From NCBI GenBank assembly GCA_028023455.1, contig JAQFVV010000004.1:20212001-20276000 (forward strand): a DNA stretch of 64,000 nt, read 5' to 3'. The position numbers were made by a program, and so were the translations under genes. This DNA is from Epiperipatus broadwayi. Taxonomy: Eukaryota; Animalia; Onychophora. Below, piece by piece: positions 28,066 to 42,311 of the stretch; the first letter of the stretch is position 1; each line of letters starts with the position of its first letter. The notes beneath the pieces are model-generated. The model saw nothing but the letters and a program-made list of their open reading frames with translations, ran no database searches and was not told where the DNA came from.

Positions 28066-28420
28066 ACATGTTGCTAAGCTTTAAAGAGGTTCCTAAAGAA
28101 AGTACTACTTTTATAAATCAAGTTGTCTATTATTGTTTTACTTTTAAAGAATTTAGCTAAAATGCCATCTGTGAAATAAATATCACTATAAAAAAACAAA
28201 GAAATGCACAAATAATAATCATCAATTTAAAAAAAATACCTGCCGAGAATTATCTAAATGACTGAGTATTCATCTAAATGGAAAACAAATCAGTTCATGC
28301 ATAAATTAGAATATTAAAATAAAGTACTACTCCAGAAAGCCACCAAATCATCTCTTTAAAATGAATTATTACAATAATATTACCAAAATCACACTTTTCT
28401 TTATGTTTGCCGTAATATCA

Positions 28421-28597
28421 TATAAATATAATTTATCCAAACTTCAAACACTTTTAGCAAACTTTATTTGTACATACACCTACGTTTCGACTGACCTGCA
28501 GTCTTCTTCAGAGCTATGATATAATGAACAAAATAAAAAAACAACTACAAATAAAGTTTGCTAAAAGTGTTTGAAGTTTGGATAAATTATATTTATA
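28421..28597. repeat. Perfect 52-bp inverted repeat enclosing a single HHR
   Basis: 28421-28472 is the exact reverse complement of 28546-28597. Confidence 0.9.
28473..28518 (-). ncRNA. Minimal PLE-type hammerhead ribozyme
   Basis: CAUAGCU-CUGAAGA-A-GACUG CAGGU CAGUC-GAAA-CG-UA-GGUGUAUG; stem III is the palindrome ACGU, which can form only in a dimer. Confidence 0.8.
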
Positions 28598-29099
28598 TTA
28601 CAATAATAATTATTTATTGCGAAAATGTGGCTCTCTAATAATCGTTTTTGCTTAAGGAAACAGTCAGTTGTAAATCCATGTTAAAAATACATATTTCAAT
28701 GAATAGGCAAGTTTAATTTATATATATTGACTCTAATATTTTTGTAATATAACAAATAATTGTATTTACATTTGCATTATATATATATATAATGCAGTAA
28801 GAAAAAATATAACAATTACTGGCTACTACTAGCACTATTACTACTATTACTACTAGTAGTAGTTTTAAAGTAAACTTTATTTATGATAACAATAATTACA
28901 TTTGTAATGATTATGAGAATACTCTAATTATATTGTCGAATAATGATACACTTTATAATCACAAAAATAATTTACAATTAAAAAAATATATTTACAATTA
29001 ACAGAAAAAATATTTTAAATTATTATAAATAGAATTCAATGGTTATAATGCTGGTGGAAGTGATACTAAGCTCCATGTAATTACAAAAATGTTGTGGGT

Positions 29100-31250
29100 A
29101 CAAGAGTTTGATCTCTGATTTTAATTTTCTCTAGTTTACTATAAAAGGAAGATAATAATTTTTGAAACGTCAAATTGAAACAGAAATGGTCTCCAGAAAC
29201 CATAAAAGTGAAAAGTAAAAGTGTAATAATTCTAATTTTTTGGAAATAGACCTCTGCTTATGGGATTTATTAATATGGAAAGTTAGGGTGTTGATGATTT
29301 GGTGTTTGTACTTATAAGAATGTGATATGTTTATAGAGCTGGACATTGAGTTAGAAAGTGATGTATAGCTTTTTTTCCTCTGTGACATAAAGAACAGATT
29401 CCATCTATGTTAGAATTCACCAATCTATTGAATAAAAATGTTATTTATAGGAAGCATCCTAAATTGATTTTAATTAGAAAGTCTAAATATTTTGGCATAC
29501 CAAAAATTTAATTTAATTATGTGGCTATTGAAAAAAGTAAGTAATGATTAAGATGATAATGGGTTCACTTTTATTAGCTATATCATATGTTTTCTGAAAG
29601 TTAATGTTATCAGCATAATAGATTGTTGCATAGGTAAATATTTTGTTATGCAATTGATTAGTTTATTACTGAAAAAAGTTGTTTATGGGTGGTGGTGTGT
29701 CAGTTGGCGTTACTTGAATATAGATTTCTTCATGTAGATGATTAGTTTATTACTGAAAAAAGTTGTTTATGGGTGGTGGTGTGTCAGTTGGCGTTACTTG
29801 AATATAGATTTCTTCATGTAGATATATTGCTATAAGTTTATTAACTTAATTCACTGACCTTTATAGGTAAAACTTTCATATGCAATGTGATTTAGTATGC
29901 TTTTGCATGGCTGTAATGTTAATTGCAACTGTTTTTCCCCCAGATGAGCTTAATACAGAGTGACTTTATTTTTTTAATGAAAGAGTGGAGAAATGAGCAT
30001 ATTACATGGCATGAATAGTAGATATGGAATTTGGATAATGAATTGATATTTTTAGGTTTTCTAATCTATCTTTCAGTAAAGATATGAAATTCAAAATAAT
30101 ATTCTAATCCCCATTAGAAATATTATCAACTCATATCTATGGTCATGCAGTAGATGAAGAAAATATAGTATTACCAGTGAGTATATTCCAAGAGGACATT
30201 GTTAAATTTGAGATATTTGCTTGTATATTGTTCAAGACTATTTATAATAGATGTTTTTGAGTGGTAGGATAGTGACTAAGTTATATGATTAATAGTATGG
30301 CTTCGAATAGGAATGTATATTCCTGGAAGTTTTTTATTTTATTTTTTAAAGTAATAGATTTATGTAAGTTATGAAGAGCCGTGAGATCCCTGAGGTATAG
30401 ATTGATGTGGACTGAAACTTGATGTTTTACCATGCAATGTAATATGTATTTTCCTATTAAGCAATAAATTATATAATATGTAAATTATTGGTAAAAGGAA
30501 CTTTGTTTTTCAGCATTTATAATAGGTCAATCATTGGGACAGTCAAATTCAGCAGCAATTTCCAACAGCATAGCCATAGGACCTGCTTTTCTCAATTATC
30601 TTGTATGATCGATTATAATCATAAAAAGAGTAATTGAAGAAAAAGTCAATAATTCTTTTTTAGAAAATTTGTAGTCTTGATTAATACAGGAGTCATTGAG
30701 ATGGTTTTAAATTATTAAGAATTGAAGATATGAATATTTTTTCAAGAAAAGGTACCATAGAAACTTGATATAATTAATCTATTCTATGAATTTGAACTGC
30801 AAGATGAGACAGAAGATTCACTATGATAGCAATTGAATTAATAAAAATTTGTGTACTGCATGAGAATCTGAATGAATGCTAATTGTAAAGAACTTAAGCT
30901 TTAAAATGATTTCTTACCTGTATATTTTATGGTTTCCTGTACTTAAACCAAATGTAAAAGGAGATATAACTAAGTTTATTGAAACTTGAAGTTTATCTTC
31001 AAAATGAAAGAATGTATGTTCTCTAGTAACAAGTTGATCATTTTTAATTATGGAAGAAGTTATAATTTTTTGGGGTTTGTAGCCAATGAACCCATCTTAT
31101 ATAGCCCCTAGACTAAGTATGCTATTGTGTTAACAATATCTTGGCTTTTTTGGTGGATAGGTAATCTGCCAAAAAAAGTTGAGTTTACTATTATTTGAAG
31201 AATTTTATTTTAACATAAAAATTGATGATACATTTTTATTATTCATACAA
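29100..31250 (-). mobile_element. Very decayed LINE, endonuclease region
   Basis: Weak APE-like remnants (CMTIDMS resembling GDFN; QLTHHHP resembling SDH-P) with many stops. Confidence 0.4.
29655..29822 (+). repeat. Perfect 2 x 84-bp tandem duplication
   Basis: TGATTAGTTTATTACTG...CTTCATGTAGA is repeated exactly at 29655 and 29739. Confidence 0.95.
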
Positions 31251-33693
31251 GTTTGTTTAAATTTTTTCTTTTGTTTTGACGATTGCATTTTTGTTTTAGC
31301 ATTATAAAATTTTTCCTCACAATCCTCTTATGATGACTGAAAAGAAATTAAATGTATGACTTTTATGTACTCCATTCCTATGTCATTTGAAATATTTTGT
31401 TTTAATTGATTATGTTTATTGATTTGTTGTATATAGAATTTGATTTAGCATGTTATCTTCTTTTTGCTCAATATCAAGTTGGCTATTTTTGTTATCAGTA
31501 ATGCAGGAAATAACACCTTTGAGATCGGATGGATGTGATTGTTGTTGAAAATTAACAATCATGAAAACCTAGGTAAATATATAAATATATTTTGATCACT
31601 GTCTATAGACAGTTTTTGTTTTCTAAATAAAATGAACTTTAATGAAGGACTATTATAAAATTTAGCTTGAGTAATATGTTTTTATATGTAAATTTTCATA
31701 CTGTTATATTATATTAGATATATCTGCACATGAATAAATGATGTTTGCTTAATTATTATTTAGTCTATTTTCTTTCTCTCTCTCTCTTGTCACTGCATCA
31801 CCAATTATTTAAAAAAATAAATGTGTATCAGTGTGTTAAGTTATTATGTTGGACCCCATGATTAAGAGTAGGAGCTAGCTTGTGATATTTCAAGTACTGG
31901 ATTGTGTGCCTATTGTTCAGGCACGCCAGATATATATAATATATGGTCAGCTAGTGCCTGAATTTGATCCTCAAAACAAATAAAATGTTTTGGATGGCAG
32001 GGTTTTGTTCCAGTAGTCGAGATAAGCCACAGTCAGGAAATGTGGCCATATTATGCTTTGTATAGCCCAATCTGGCTATGGGTATCATTGATGGTAATGT
32101 TATCAATGGTATTCTCCCCTCTTCTTGAAGGGCCAATCTGTTCCTATAGTATTAAAGATATAAAATAATAATTACCAAGAAGTATAATAAAGAAGTTATG
32201 TACTAAAGTAAATGTTAAAACTTAGTTAAAGTCTAGGGATATTAAAGTTTAGATATTAAAACTTATTAAAGTCAAGATATTAAAAGATATTAAGTATAGC
32301 AAGCAAGTAAAGAATAAATCGTCATCAATAATAAAGTAAGTTTAGCAATAATAAATAAGAACTTGTTCCAATAATAATAAAGCACTAATGTATATCAAGT
32401 GCTGCCAAAATGCTATCAAAGTTGTCCAAAAAGTTAATTTTAAAAAGAGTTATAAAGATATTGTCTAATAAATAATGTTAATATTGAAAATATAAAATAA
32501 TAATTACACAGTGAGATATGTAATAAAACTATTAAAGTTTAGATATTTAAACTTACTAAAGTCAAAATATATATTATAAAGTTATGTTTAAAAGTATTTA
32601 AACCTAGTAAATGAATTAGTTATTAAAATTAGCAGTAAGAATAAACTATTCGGAGGGACCTGGTTTGATATATATAGACTTATTTGGATTATTCTATATG
32701 TTATATTTTCGTTTTGATTTCAAGACTGAGCAAGATTTCAATGAAGAACTGTTGTGTCTTAAATAATAATGAGATAACACATGAATCAATGAATGATTAT
32801 TCATACATATATCAGTACACTATTCATTTAGAATAGGTAGATTCACAAACAATTTCTTTTTTCTGTTTTACAATTAGTTGATTTATTAAAAGTGATTTTA
32901 AAGGCAAGATATAAAGTAATTGGTTTCCATAAGGCTGGAATATACTGTAATTCATCATATTTGATTAAACTGTTTGGTCTTTTTAATATTTCATATAAAA
33001 AATTTAAATACTTTGGAACAACAAAAACAAAAAATTATTTTGACAATGTGATTTATTCACAAATTATTATTTAATTACTCATCATATACAATAATTATTA
33101 TTGTACAACAAGGCTAAATTTTTCTTCTTCTAGGATAATGAAATATATATCTTTACAAATTTCAAGCATAAATAATAAATGCATTTTTGTTTATTATGAT
33201 AAGAAGAACCATAACTTTGGGATACAGGAGCTGCATATGGCTTATGAGCTGCAAATTGCTGACCTTTATTTTTGATTGAATGTATACTAAAGCAAATAAT
33301 CTTTATTGAAGATATTTCAAATGTTATAGGAATAACAACACATAATGTGTAATCTTTATGTATGTAATATTTAAAAATATTCAATATTGGTCTTGTTCAC
33401 ATCGACCTGCTCACATCTATATTCGCAAAAAATATTAATTTTTAAAGTAGTTTTTTGTGAATATATAACTGAAAATAAATCAGATTCTGAAATTCTAATA
33501 CTGATGTTTCAAACAGACGCCAATCAAAAAGTAACTTTCTATTAGAGAGATGGGGCACAGTGATAAACTCTAATTTATGTTGTTGTTTTTTTTTAAAAAA
33601 AATTCATCACTGCTTGCTTATCTACACAAAACTCATCATACAGTAGTGCCACTCAGTGCATAAAATCCCTATCTAGTGCCTACTCATCCAATA

Positions 33694-33735
33694 TCCCCAA
33701 ACTAGTTTCTAGCTTGTGGCTTTCATCAGTGAGGA
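33694..33735 (-). ncRNA. Minimal type I hammerhead ribozyme
   Basis: UCCUCA-CUGAUGA-a AGC cacaa GCU a-GAAA-CUA-GUU-UGGGGA; palindromic ACUAGU stem III. Confidence 0.8.
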
Positions 33736-33968
33736 GTCTTGGATCTTAGAGCACTGACCTACATCTTAAGATCTAATGCAACCCACCAGCAGCTACCTTT
33801 ATCTCTACTTAACTACAAAACAATGAGTATAAAATTGAAAACATAATATTTTCAATCCAAGCTCATTAGCTTAAAAGGTCTGAACTCAGTTCAGTACACA
33901 TACATTTTGATGTATTTGGTTCTTTAATAACCATAGCTACCACTATTCTATTAGGCAGAATTGGTATT

Positions 33969-34224
33969 AAACCACTAAACATCACATGATCACCATTTCT
34001 TATGCTTGCTCAACTGTTAATACAGGCAAACTCTCCATACAGTAGTGTCACTCAGTGCAAGCCAGAGTAATCAATGGATTCAAAAAGGCTTGTGCATAAA
34101 ATCCCTATCTAATGTCTACTCACCCAATATCCCAGACTAGTTTCTATCTTATGACTTTCATTTTGCCTGTTTTAACAGCTTGAGCGAGCATAAGAAATGG
34201 TGATCACATGATGTTTAGTGGTTT
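33969..34224. repeat. ~62-bp inverted repeat flanking a truncated HHR-family copy
   Basis: 33969-34030 pairs with 34162-34224. The enclosed segment matches 33590-33725 and 40140-40245 and keeps GAAACUAGUC, but the CUGA core is cut. Confidence 0.8.
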
Positions 34225-34899
34225 TATCTACAAATAATGAGTCATTTCTCTTCAGTCAATATAAACCAAGTTTTATTCCATAATTAAAGCCATCAAACTA
34301 ACTGTAATTTTATTCTGGCTGCCTAAAAAATTGTTAATAGATATCCATTCTTTTCTCAATTTTTATAATGAACTTAATGATCAGAAATAACATTTGTGAA
34401 AAAGTCCTTCATTCAATAATATTTAAAGTAATTCATTTTAGACTGTCTAGTCTTTTTATATAACTATTTTTTTTTTCAATGATTTAAAGTATCAAATTTA
34501 TAATATCCCTTGATGATATTAAAAAAAAATGAGGGGACCATAAAAAAAACATGACTTTTGATTTGATTTTGTGAAATTTTAAGATTAAATCCAAATGCCA
34601 TGTTTTTTGTAAATAGACTTAGTTGATATGTAAAAAACAATCTCTAAAAGTACAATTACTGTCACTATAAATAAAATTTCTAATCTTATATATCAAATTT
34701 CTTTGACATGAATTATAACTATAGCATAATTAAAGCTAACTAAAAGTCTTCTTTTAATATAACAATCTAATCTAAATATAATAAAACCAGTTGATATTTA
34801 TGAGCTTGACTTTTCTCACTCTGTTTTAACCAGAAAGTGATACTAAAGACAGATAATATGTTCCCTGAGTTTTTTTAAAAAATAGACCTCATTCCAAAG

Positions 34900-36250
34900 C
34901 ATGGTTGACAAAATTATTCACACAAAAATTATTCATAAACTATGGTATAAAAAAACAAAATTAAAACCGTTTAAAATCTAATATGTGTAACATCCAAAAA
35001 TATTAGTTAATAGCAATAATTATGTCTAGTCGATAACTTAACATCACTAGAACAGATTGGACTCAAGTTGAGACAAAGTTGAAACAATTCTACTCTATAC
35101 TATGTATATCAAAAACATCGTTTGAAATAAAGACTGATGCAAGCTTTATTGATCTAATCTCATTCTAATACTCTATTCAGAAAAAAACAATTTCTTCATA
35201 AAATGCCTCTACAGTTCTTAAATATAGTCAAATGCTCTCCAATAAAAAAATTCAAGTGATTTTAAATGATAATCGTAGGAAATATATTTTACAAAATAGT
35301 CGCTCACAAGGTTCAGTTCTCCTAATTTATTTAATATATTCATAGATAAACTTCCTGAATAGAATGCAGAAAGTTTATATACACTAATGGTATTGCCTTT
35401 TCCTGATAATGTGTTCAACTTTCTATCTAAACAACAAATAAATTTCTTATAAACTGAATGTGCAACAATGTAGTAAAATAGGATTTTACTCAATCTTTCT
35501 TAAGAATGACTTTGGGCCTGAACCTAATACATCTTTCTCATATGATAAAGATTAAATACAAAATAATTCCTAAAAATAACCTCATTAATCTTAGCAATGT
35601 TAAATAATGCACTTCTTTGTGTTTGAAGGTGATCATAGTAAATTTCTGAATATACAATTAAATATTATAAGATATATTACTGGTATATTAAAGTCAAAAT
35701 TCCCTGCAAAGGCTTTCCAGTCTTTCATATATTTTCTCACAAGGGATCATAAATTGAATTGTATCACAAAAAGTATATATAAAAAACTATTTACATTTCA
35801 TGCCTCACATCAAAATATTTATTTGGATGTCCAAAGAAGAAATTTTTCAAACAAGTGAAAAATTCTGATATAAGAAATAGGCTTATAGTATGGTCTTGAA
35901 CATTTTTTCCTGACATATCTAATAATTAAACTGGATTTCATCTTTCTAGATAATACTAAAGTTCTATAAATAGTTTTTGTAACTACTCATAGTTACTGTG
36001 CTTATTTGTTTTAATGTGAAATTTATTTTTCTCATATTATATCATTGTGAACAAACAAATATAAACTTCATATTTAATGATAGATTCATCTATGGATGTA
36101 ATGGCAGAATTGAAGAATTTAATAAGGCATCTAATAAAACTAGTTCCTGGCTTGAATTTCCACAGACTTGTTTATAACATTTGTCAACAGCTGGCCAACT
36201 AAAACATGCTCATATGATAATTAAATAACAAAGATTATAAATGCTTTAGC
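34900..36250 (-). mobile_element. Decayed L1/Tx1-like ORF2 fragment
   Basis: ORF 35218-35493 LSGKGNTISVYKLSAF resembles the L1/Tx1 post-RT LS--GR--LIK motif; upstream RT remnants are broken. Confidence 0.5.
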
Positions 36251-36954
36251 ACATACAAAGGATAGAAGTATTTGAAAAATAGTAACTGTGGATAACAAAA
36301 TGGGAGAATCCTCTAATGATAGCATTTACATAATGTAATGGAAAAGGAATTTAATCATACATCATTCCATAGTGCAGATAAATCTTTAAATATTAACTAA
36401 ATATTAAAGAGACCTATCCATGAACAGTTCCATTCACACAATATTAATATGGCATTAGTGGAACTAATATCCCCCATAACTGATAGCCTTGATTTAGAAA
36501 CCAAGATAAATGACCTTATTCATAAGGCCAGTCTAATTCATAATCAAATATATAACCAAGTTATTTATGGTAGAAAATTAACTTCATAAGTCTCTTAGAA
36601 TCAATGAGTAATTAAAGAGTAATTGTTGATGGTTTTGCTTTCAATAAATGCAAATAAGAAATAAAGAAAGAGAAAGTACTGCCCTTAGGTGACTAACCAT
36701 GAATATATAATGAAGATTCCTCTAGTATAAAATCATATACATTCCCCTTGAAATTTAAAATTTCTCATATTTAATTTTGAATTAATATTTTCTTTCCCTA
36801 ATAAATAAAATCAAATACTTTTAGTATTGTGAGTATTTAAACAAATGTCTCAGTAGATTGATGCTACTAACTCCCACTTGCATAATACAATAATACATAA
36901 TACTTGTATTTAATGTTGTTATACAGAAATAATAATCATTATATTAATTCAGTA

Positions 36955-37712
36955 CATAGTGAAGATCCACAATGCCAGAAAGATTATAAAATTATAATTC
37001 TTTTACAGATTTACAGCTTAGCATTGCTTTTGTCCAGATGATCATATTCATAGCATTAAGATGGGTATGTAAAGGAGATAACTTATCGGTCAATTAGTAT
37101 GCAAGTTGTAAATTTAAATATACCACTTGCATGATAATTCAATGCATGGTCTTTTTATCACATGGGTGTTATTTTCCATAAACCACACCCCTTTGTTTTT
37201 CTCTTTCAATCATTGTGCTCAGTCTAAACAACTTTGATATTAAGTGGATCAAAATTGTGGACAGAGTCAATCTCATGCTCTAAAAATACTGATTTTATAT
37301 TGGTGTCTGCTTTGATGTGTTTGCATATGTATTTGTGCAGTGCTAATCAAGTAGTGCTGTTGGCATGAGACTCACTATAGCATATTGTTTTGCAAGCTAA
37401 TTTTATAGATTACTTGGAGAGCCTGATCTCAAGATAATTTGCCTTTGGTGTTATTCGGTAGTTGATTGAGGTTAGCGAGGGTTCTTAAGCTGATATTGAA
37501 TTCATTTGAGTAGATTGTCTTCAACATTTTTGATGCACCTGGTATAAAAGGATGGCTGATCCATGCATTAGTGTTGTTGTGGTTCACAGGCCTGGTGCTT
37601 ATCTCTAGTTAAAGAATAAAGATCATACCCTGACTTGACTAGGTCTTTTATATAGTTTTCACTGTTGTCTCTCCTATCTGCCTCAAACTTGCATAGCTTA
37701 AAATTTCTCTAA
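36955..37712 (-). mobile_element. Penelope-like element 3' fragment (left arm of an inverted pair)
   Basis: Minus frames ISHPFIPGAS, IYKI and KSVFLEHEIDSVHNFD; reverse-complement homology to 37913-38697. Confidence 0.75.
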
Positions 37713-37912
37713 AGTAAATACTTAAAGCCAGTTAATTTATGTGAGTTGGTAGTGTACAAAAAGTGTGAATAACACCACAAATGTTGATGGATTTGATAAT
37801 CATTTTGTAGTTTATTTGCACATTAGAGTGTTGGATATGCATGTCCAAGTATTTTATTCCATTTGGTGCATTCTCCTACCTCACACAATTAGATGGCTTT
37901 AAGTATTTTCTG

Positions 37913-38697
37913 TACAGAAACTTTAAGCTATGCAAGTTTAAAGCAGTTAGAAGGGACAACACTGAAAACTATATAAAAGATTAGTCAAGTCAGGATATGA
38001 TCATAATTCTTTAATTAGAGCTCTTAAAAAATTCTACTCCACACTAAACACCAGGCCTGTGACCCACAACAACACTAATGCAAGGATCAGCCTTCCTTTT
38101 ATACTGGGTGCATAAAAAATTTTGAAAATCTATTTGAATAAATTCAGTATCAGCTTCAGAACCATCCCTAACTTAATCAACTATTGAATATTACTAAAGA
38201 CAAATTATATCAAACCGGGCTCTCCAAATAATCTATAAAATTATCTACAATAAACCAGTTTGCATAGCAATTTACTATGTTGAGTCTTATATCAACAGTA
38301 CCAATAGATTAGTGCAATACAAAAATATATTCAAACATGCTAAAACAGACCTCAATGTAAAGTCAGTATTTTTAAAGCATGAGATCGATTTGGGTCACAA
38401 TTTTGATCAACTTAATATCAAAGTTGTTTATGCTGATTGCAATAAACAAAAGAGAAAATACAAAGGGATGTGGTTTGTCGCAAATAACATCCAAGAGATA
38501 AAATGTTCATGCATTGCATTATCATGCAAGTGGTAAGTTTAAACTCACAACTTGCATACTTATGAAGCCATGTTTTCTCCCTATATTCCTATTTTAATGC
38601 TATAAATATTACTGATCTGGTCAAAAGCAGTGCTAGGCTGTGAATCTGTAAAGTAATTATAATTTTAAAATCTTTCTGGTATAGTGGATCATCACTA
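37913..38697 (+). mobile_element. Penelope-like element 3' fragment with GIY-YIG endonuclease remnant (right arm)
   Basis: LPFILGA, IYKII, and ORF 38312-38536 KSVFLKHEIDLGHNFDQLNIKVVYADCNKQKRK, matching PLE GIY-YIG C-termini. Confidence 0.75.
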
Positions 38698-41600
38698 TCT
38701 ATTAAATTACAAATTAATAAGGCAAGAAATAAAAGATAGATTGAGCTATAAGTCATTATATTATTTTATGTTACCTAAGTGTCCCCAAACAAAAATATAT
38801 AAAAATAATTCTAAATCTCTCCCAATTAACAATCTAGTCCTGATTCTTTCAATTAGTAAGCAATATAAAATAATGACATGGTTAAAATACTGTTTGAATC
38901 TAAAAACTAAATACTATTTTGCTGTTTGAAATATGAGAAAGCACTCTTATAATATAGGCACAAATTAAAATAATTAATAAAGCTTAAATCCCTTTTCAAT
39001 CAAAATACTTGATAGGCAATTAATTAAATTATAATGGCATTAGTATCTATAGCTTATGCACACATATTAATAGTTTAGGTAAGCTCTATAGTTACACACT
39101 TATATACTCTAACATCTAATTCTTCCCTACATATTCTTTCTTCTTTGATAAGAAAAGCATGAAATACAAATATTAATTATAATATTTTCCCTTCTATATT
39201 TTGTTTGTAATATATAAAGCAAAATCAAACTACAAATTGATTTCATAAAAAAAAAGCAATAAAAATGAACATTTTTCTTAATGTTGAAGTATACAACTGC
39301 TATTTGATATAGTTCCTTAATCAATCAGTGGTTTTTTAAAAATAATATCCATTGCATTCAAAAGATTCTAATATAGACAGTACTTCCCCAAGATATTATT
39401 TTTGGTAATTAGAGTATAAGCTCTCTTGGCTTTTATTATATATTTTTATTATAGACTGGTGTATAACAGATAAAGATATTTTATTTGAGATAGAAGGCAC
39501 CAGTTATAGGTTACATGTATTTTGTATAATCTTTATTTTTATTAGATACATTTTTAAAAATAATATATAAATCAATGCTTTGACATAAATGTATACTGTT
39601 ACAACACTTATATGATGAAATATATTTACTAATATATATAATATCACTCTTTTTAACTTGATTTTATTTATAATTGTTGATTCTAATTTATTATTGATAT
39701 GTACAAGAATAGACTATAATCTAGCAGCAAGACACTCATATATTTACCTTAAATTGAAACACACAAACTTTATTTAATAACTAAAATGAGTTTATTTACT
39801 CATAATAATATGTAAATTAGTAATAATAATTGGTAGTTTAATTGGTGACTTGCTAGTTTGAAACAGCAAAAAATAATATTGATCATAGAATAGATAGATA
39901 GATCTAAACACTTTTCCATAATTTATTAAAAATCCTTATAATAACTATTTGTTTCCTTCATATTTATCATTCAACTTCTGTAATTTTAGATGGTCATTCA
40001 CTAGCAATATTAGTAAGCACCTTGCCGCTCACTCATATCCTTGAATCAATCTAATTAGATTGGACTGGGTCTTTTTCTTCTACTATACCTGGTCTGCAAC
40101 TGCACAATCAGCATTCACTTGACTCTTCTAGTTTTCACAGAGGCAAAACTCTTCATAAAGTATCACCACTAAGTGCAAGCTAGAATAATCAATGGATCCA
40201 AGAACGTTTGTGCATAAAACCCCTATCTAGTGTCTACTCATCCAGTCTGATTTTCCACTTTACTTCTTCTGCTACTTCTCCATTAGATGCTTTGTAGTCA
40301 ATTTTAATAACTTCTCCCATTTGCATATTGTTAGACATTATTACTATGCAAATTAGAATATGTAATTAAATTCTACTTTCAGCATATAATTATTTCTAGA
40401 GTGACTCAATACTGCTTGTAGCCACACACACATATATGTATATATTAATAAATACATAACTAGAACATTTACCATAATAATGACTTTAATAATTATACAT
40501 ATATATATATAGAAATTTTAAATATATAAAAGGTAAAACATTAATTCAGTAATCATAGGTAATTGATCCCCTTCCAAAATTATCTTTATTATAAATACAT
40601 TTTCAATTTATGATCAGTCCTTCAATATTTAACCAATATAATTTAAAGTCTTTCTCCAACAATTTGAAAAGTAAATGTCTATTTGCAAATGAGTTTTGAA
40701 TAATTAGCTATATTAATTATCATCTGGTTACGATCTTTAAGTTTTACTTTGAATTAGAATCCCTGGGTTGAGACTATAATATAATTATCGCTTTATTATT
40801 CTGCCAGGAGGCACTTTATATATATGTATAAATTATTTTAAGTAATAATAAATATCAATATATTTCATTTTTTCTGCGTGACTGTAAAACATAAAATGCT
40901 ATAATCGTTTAAAAATAATATGAAAAATAAATAATTTATATTTAAGATATTTTTTTAACGTTCTGTAAGAAGATAAAATGTTTCTATCTGATCCAGCTAT
41001 CACTAGCAAACAGTTTGTTTTTCTCTAAGCTTTACTGCAGACTGCAGCTCTTAAGCAAACTAAATCCAATAATTTATAGGATTTGACATTTATTATAACT
41101 TTTAAAATAAACATATATAATCTAATTTTAAAATAACTTGGAAACTAAGATGTAAAAAAGAAATATGATCGAGTAATTAACTCATGCAAACGGTAAGATT
41201 ATTTAATTATATAAGACAGATACAGAAAAAAAAAATCTCAAATTAAACAGTTTCTATCTGATGTTAACTAAAATTTATTAGCCACTGAAGATACTATTGA
41301 ACTTAACACAAATAACTTTTAACCAAAACATTTGATTAATGTTTAAATGATCAAAATTATTCAAATATAAATTAACAAAGAGAGGGGCCAATTTAAATTT
41401 ACTGAAAAATATTTTCAAACCAATTACTTTAAATTCCAATTATATTACCTGAACATTATTTATTTATTTTTTAATAAAAGACGAAATCTCATTATTTTGC
41501 TTGTAGATTTTTTTAGATAGCTTATAAATATCATTAAAAACATCCATGCAAATTCCAACTATGAGTAAGATTCATTAGTAGTCATAGCGATAGATTTTTG

Positions 41601-41716
41601 ACAGTCATTAATTATATAGTTTATGATTTGTGTTAGTCTACTTCTACATAGATCAATGGTTGTTAAATTCCATTTATGAAGTATATGCATGCAATAACCA
41701 TGAGTTTTTCTGAATG

Positions 41717-42311
41717 TGTTGGGTTTGGTTAGGCTTGCAGGTTCGTTTCCAAACCAACAGATACAAAACGAACAACTATTCAGCAATAAATATGTATAAT
41801 TTATTAGTACAAAATATATACACACGTTAGTTAACAAATGTACAAATACAGTTGATATGCTTCAACGCTGAGATAGTCGTGCGAAGTATGGAACTCGCTT
41901 CCAGCTACTGATTAGCCTGCATCGTGAGTTCAGCTAAGAAGACTCTTCCAGCTATGTAGTTAGCTTGCCTCAAGTCGGCTCTAGTTCAGACGTAGCAGTT
42001 TCCAGTCCATAGGTGGACTTGCCTCACTGCGTAGACGTCATGATAATAACTAGATAAATACCTTTGCTGATGGCAAAAGGTTTATTGGAGAGCACGTTCT
42101 GTCATTCAGGTTAACAGAAGTAATTGCTCTCTGCCTTGCCTCCAAAAGGCTGACTATTTAAAGGCAGATCCCCTACCTTAATGGAAACATGCAGATTCGG
42201 TGCGTGAACCCCAATGAAGGTTTTTAATCCCGTTGGCTAGCAACTGGGTGCTAGCCAATCAGGGAAGGAATCTGGAATAATCCACTTCTGAAGGCAGGGT
42301 CAGGTATAACA
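41717..42311 (-). mobile_element. Solo LTR, 595 bp
   Basis: TGTT...AACA ends with exact TSD GAATG; TATA-like TTTAAATA and AATAAA on the minus strand. Confidence 0.9.

Noticed and set aside
33130-33384. Minus ORF containing GQQFAAHKPYAAPVSQSYGSSY
   Set aside because: No splice signals or family motif; low-information ORF.
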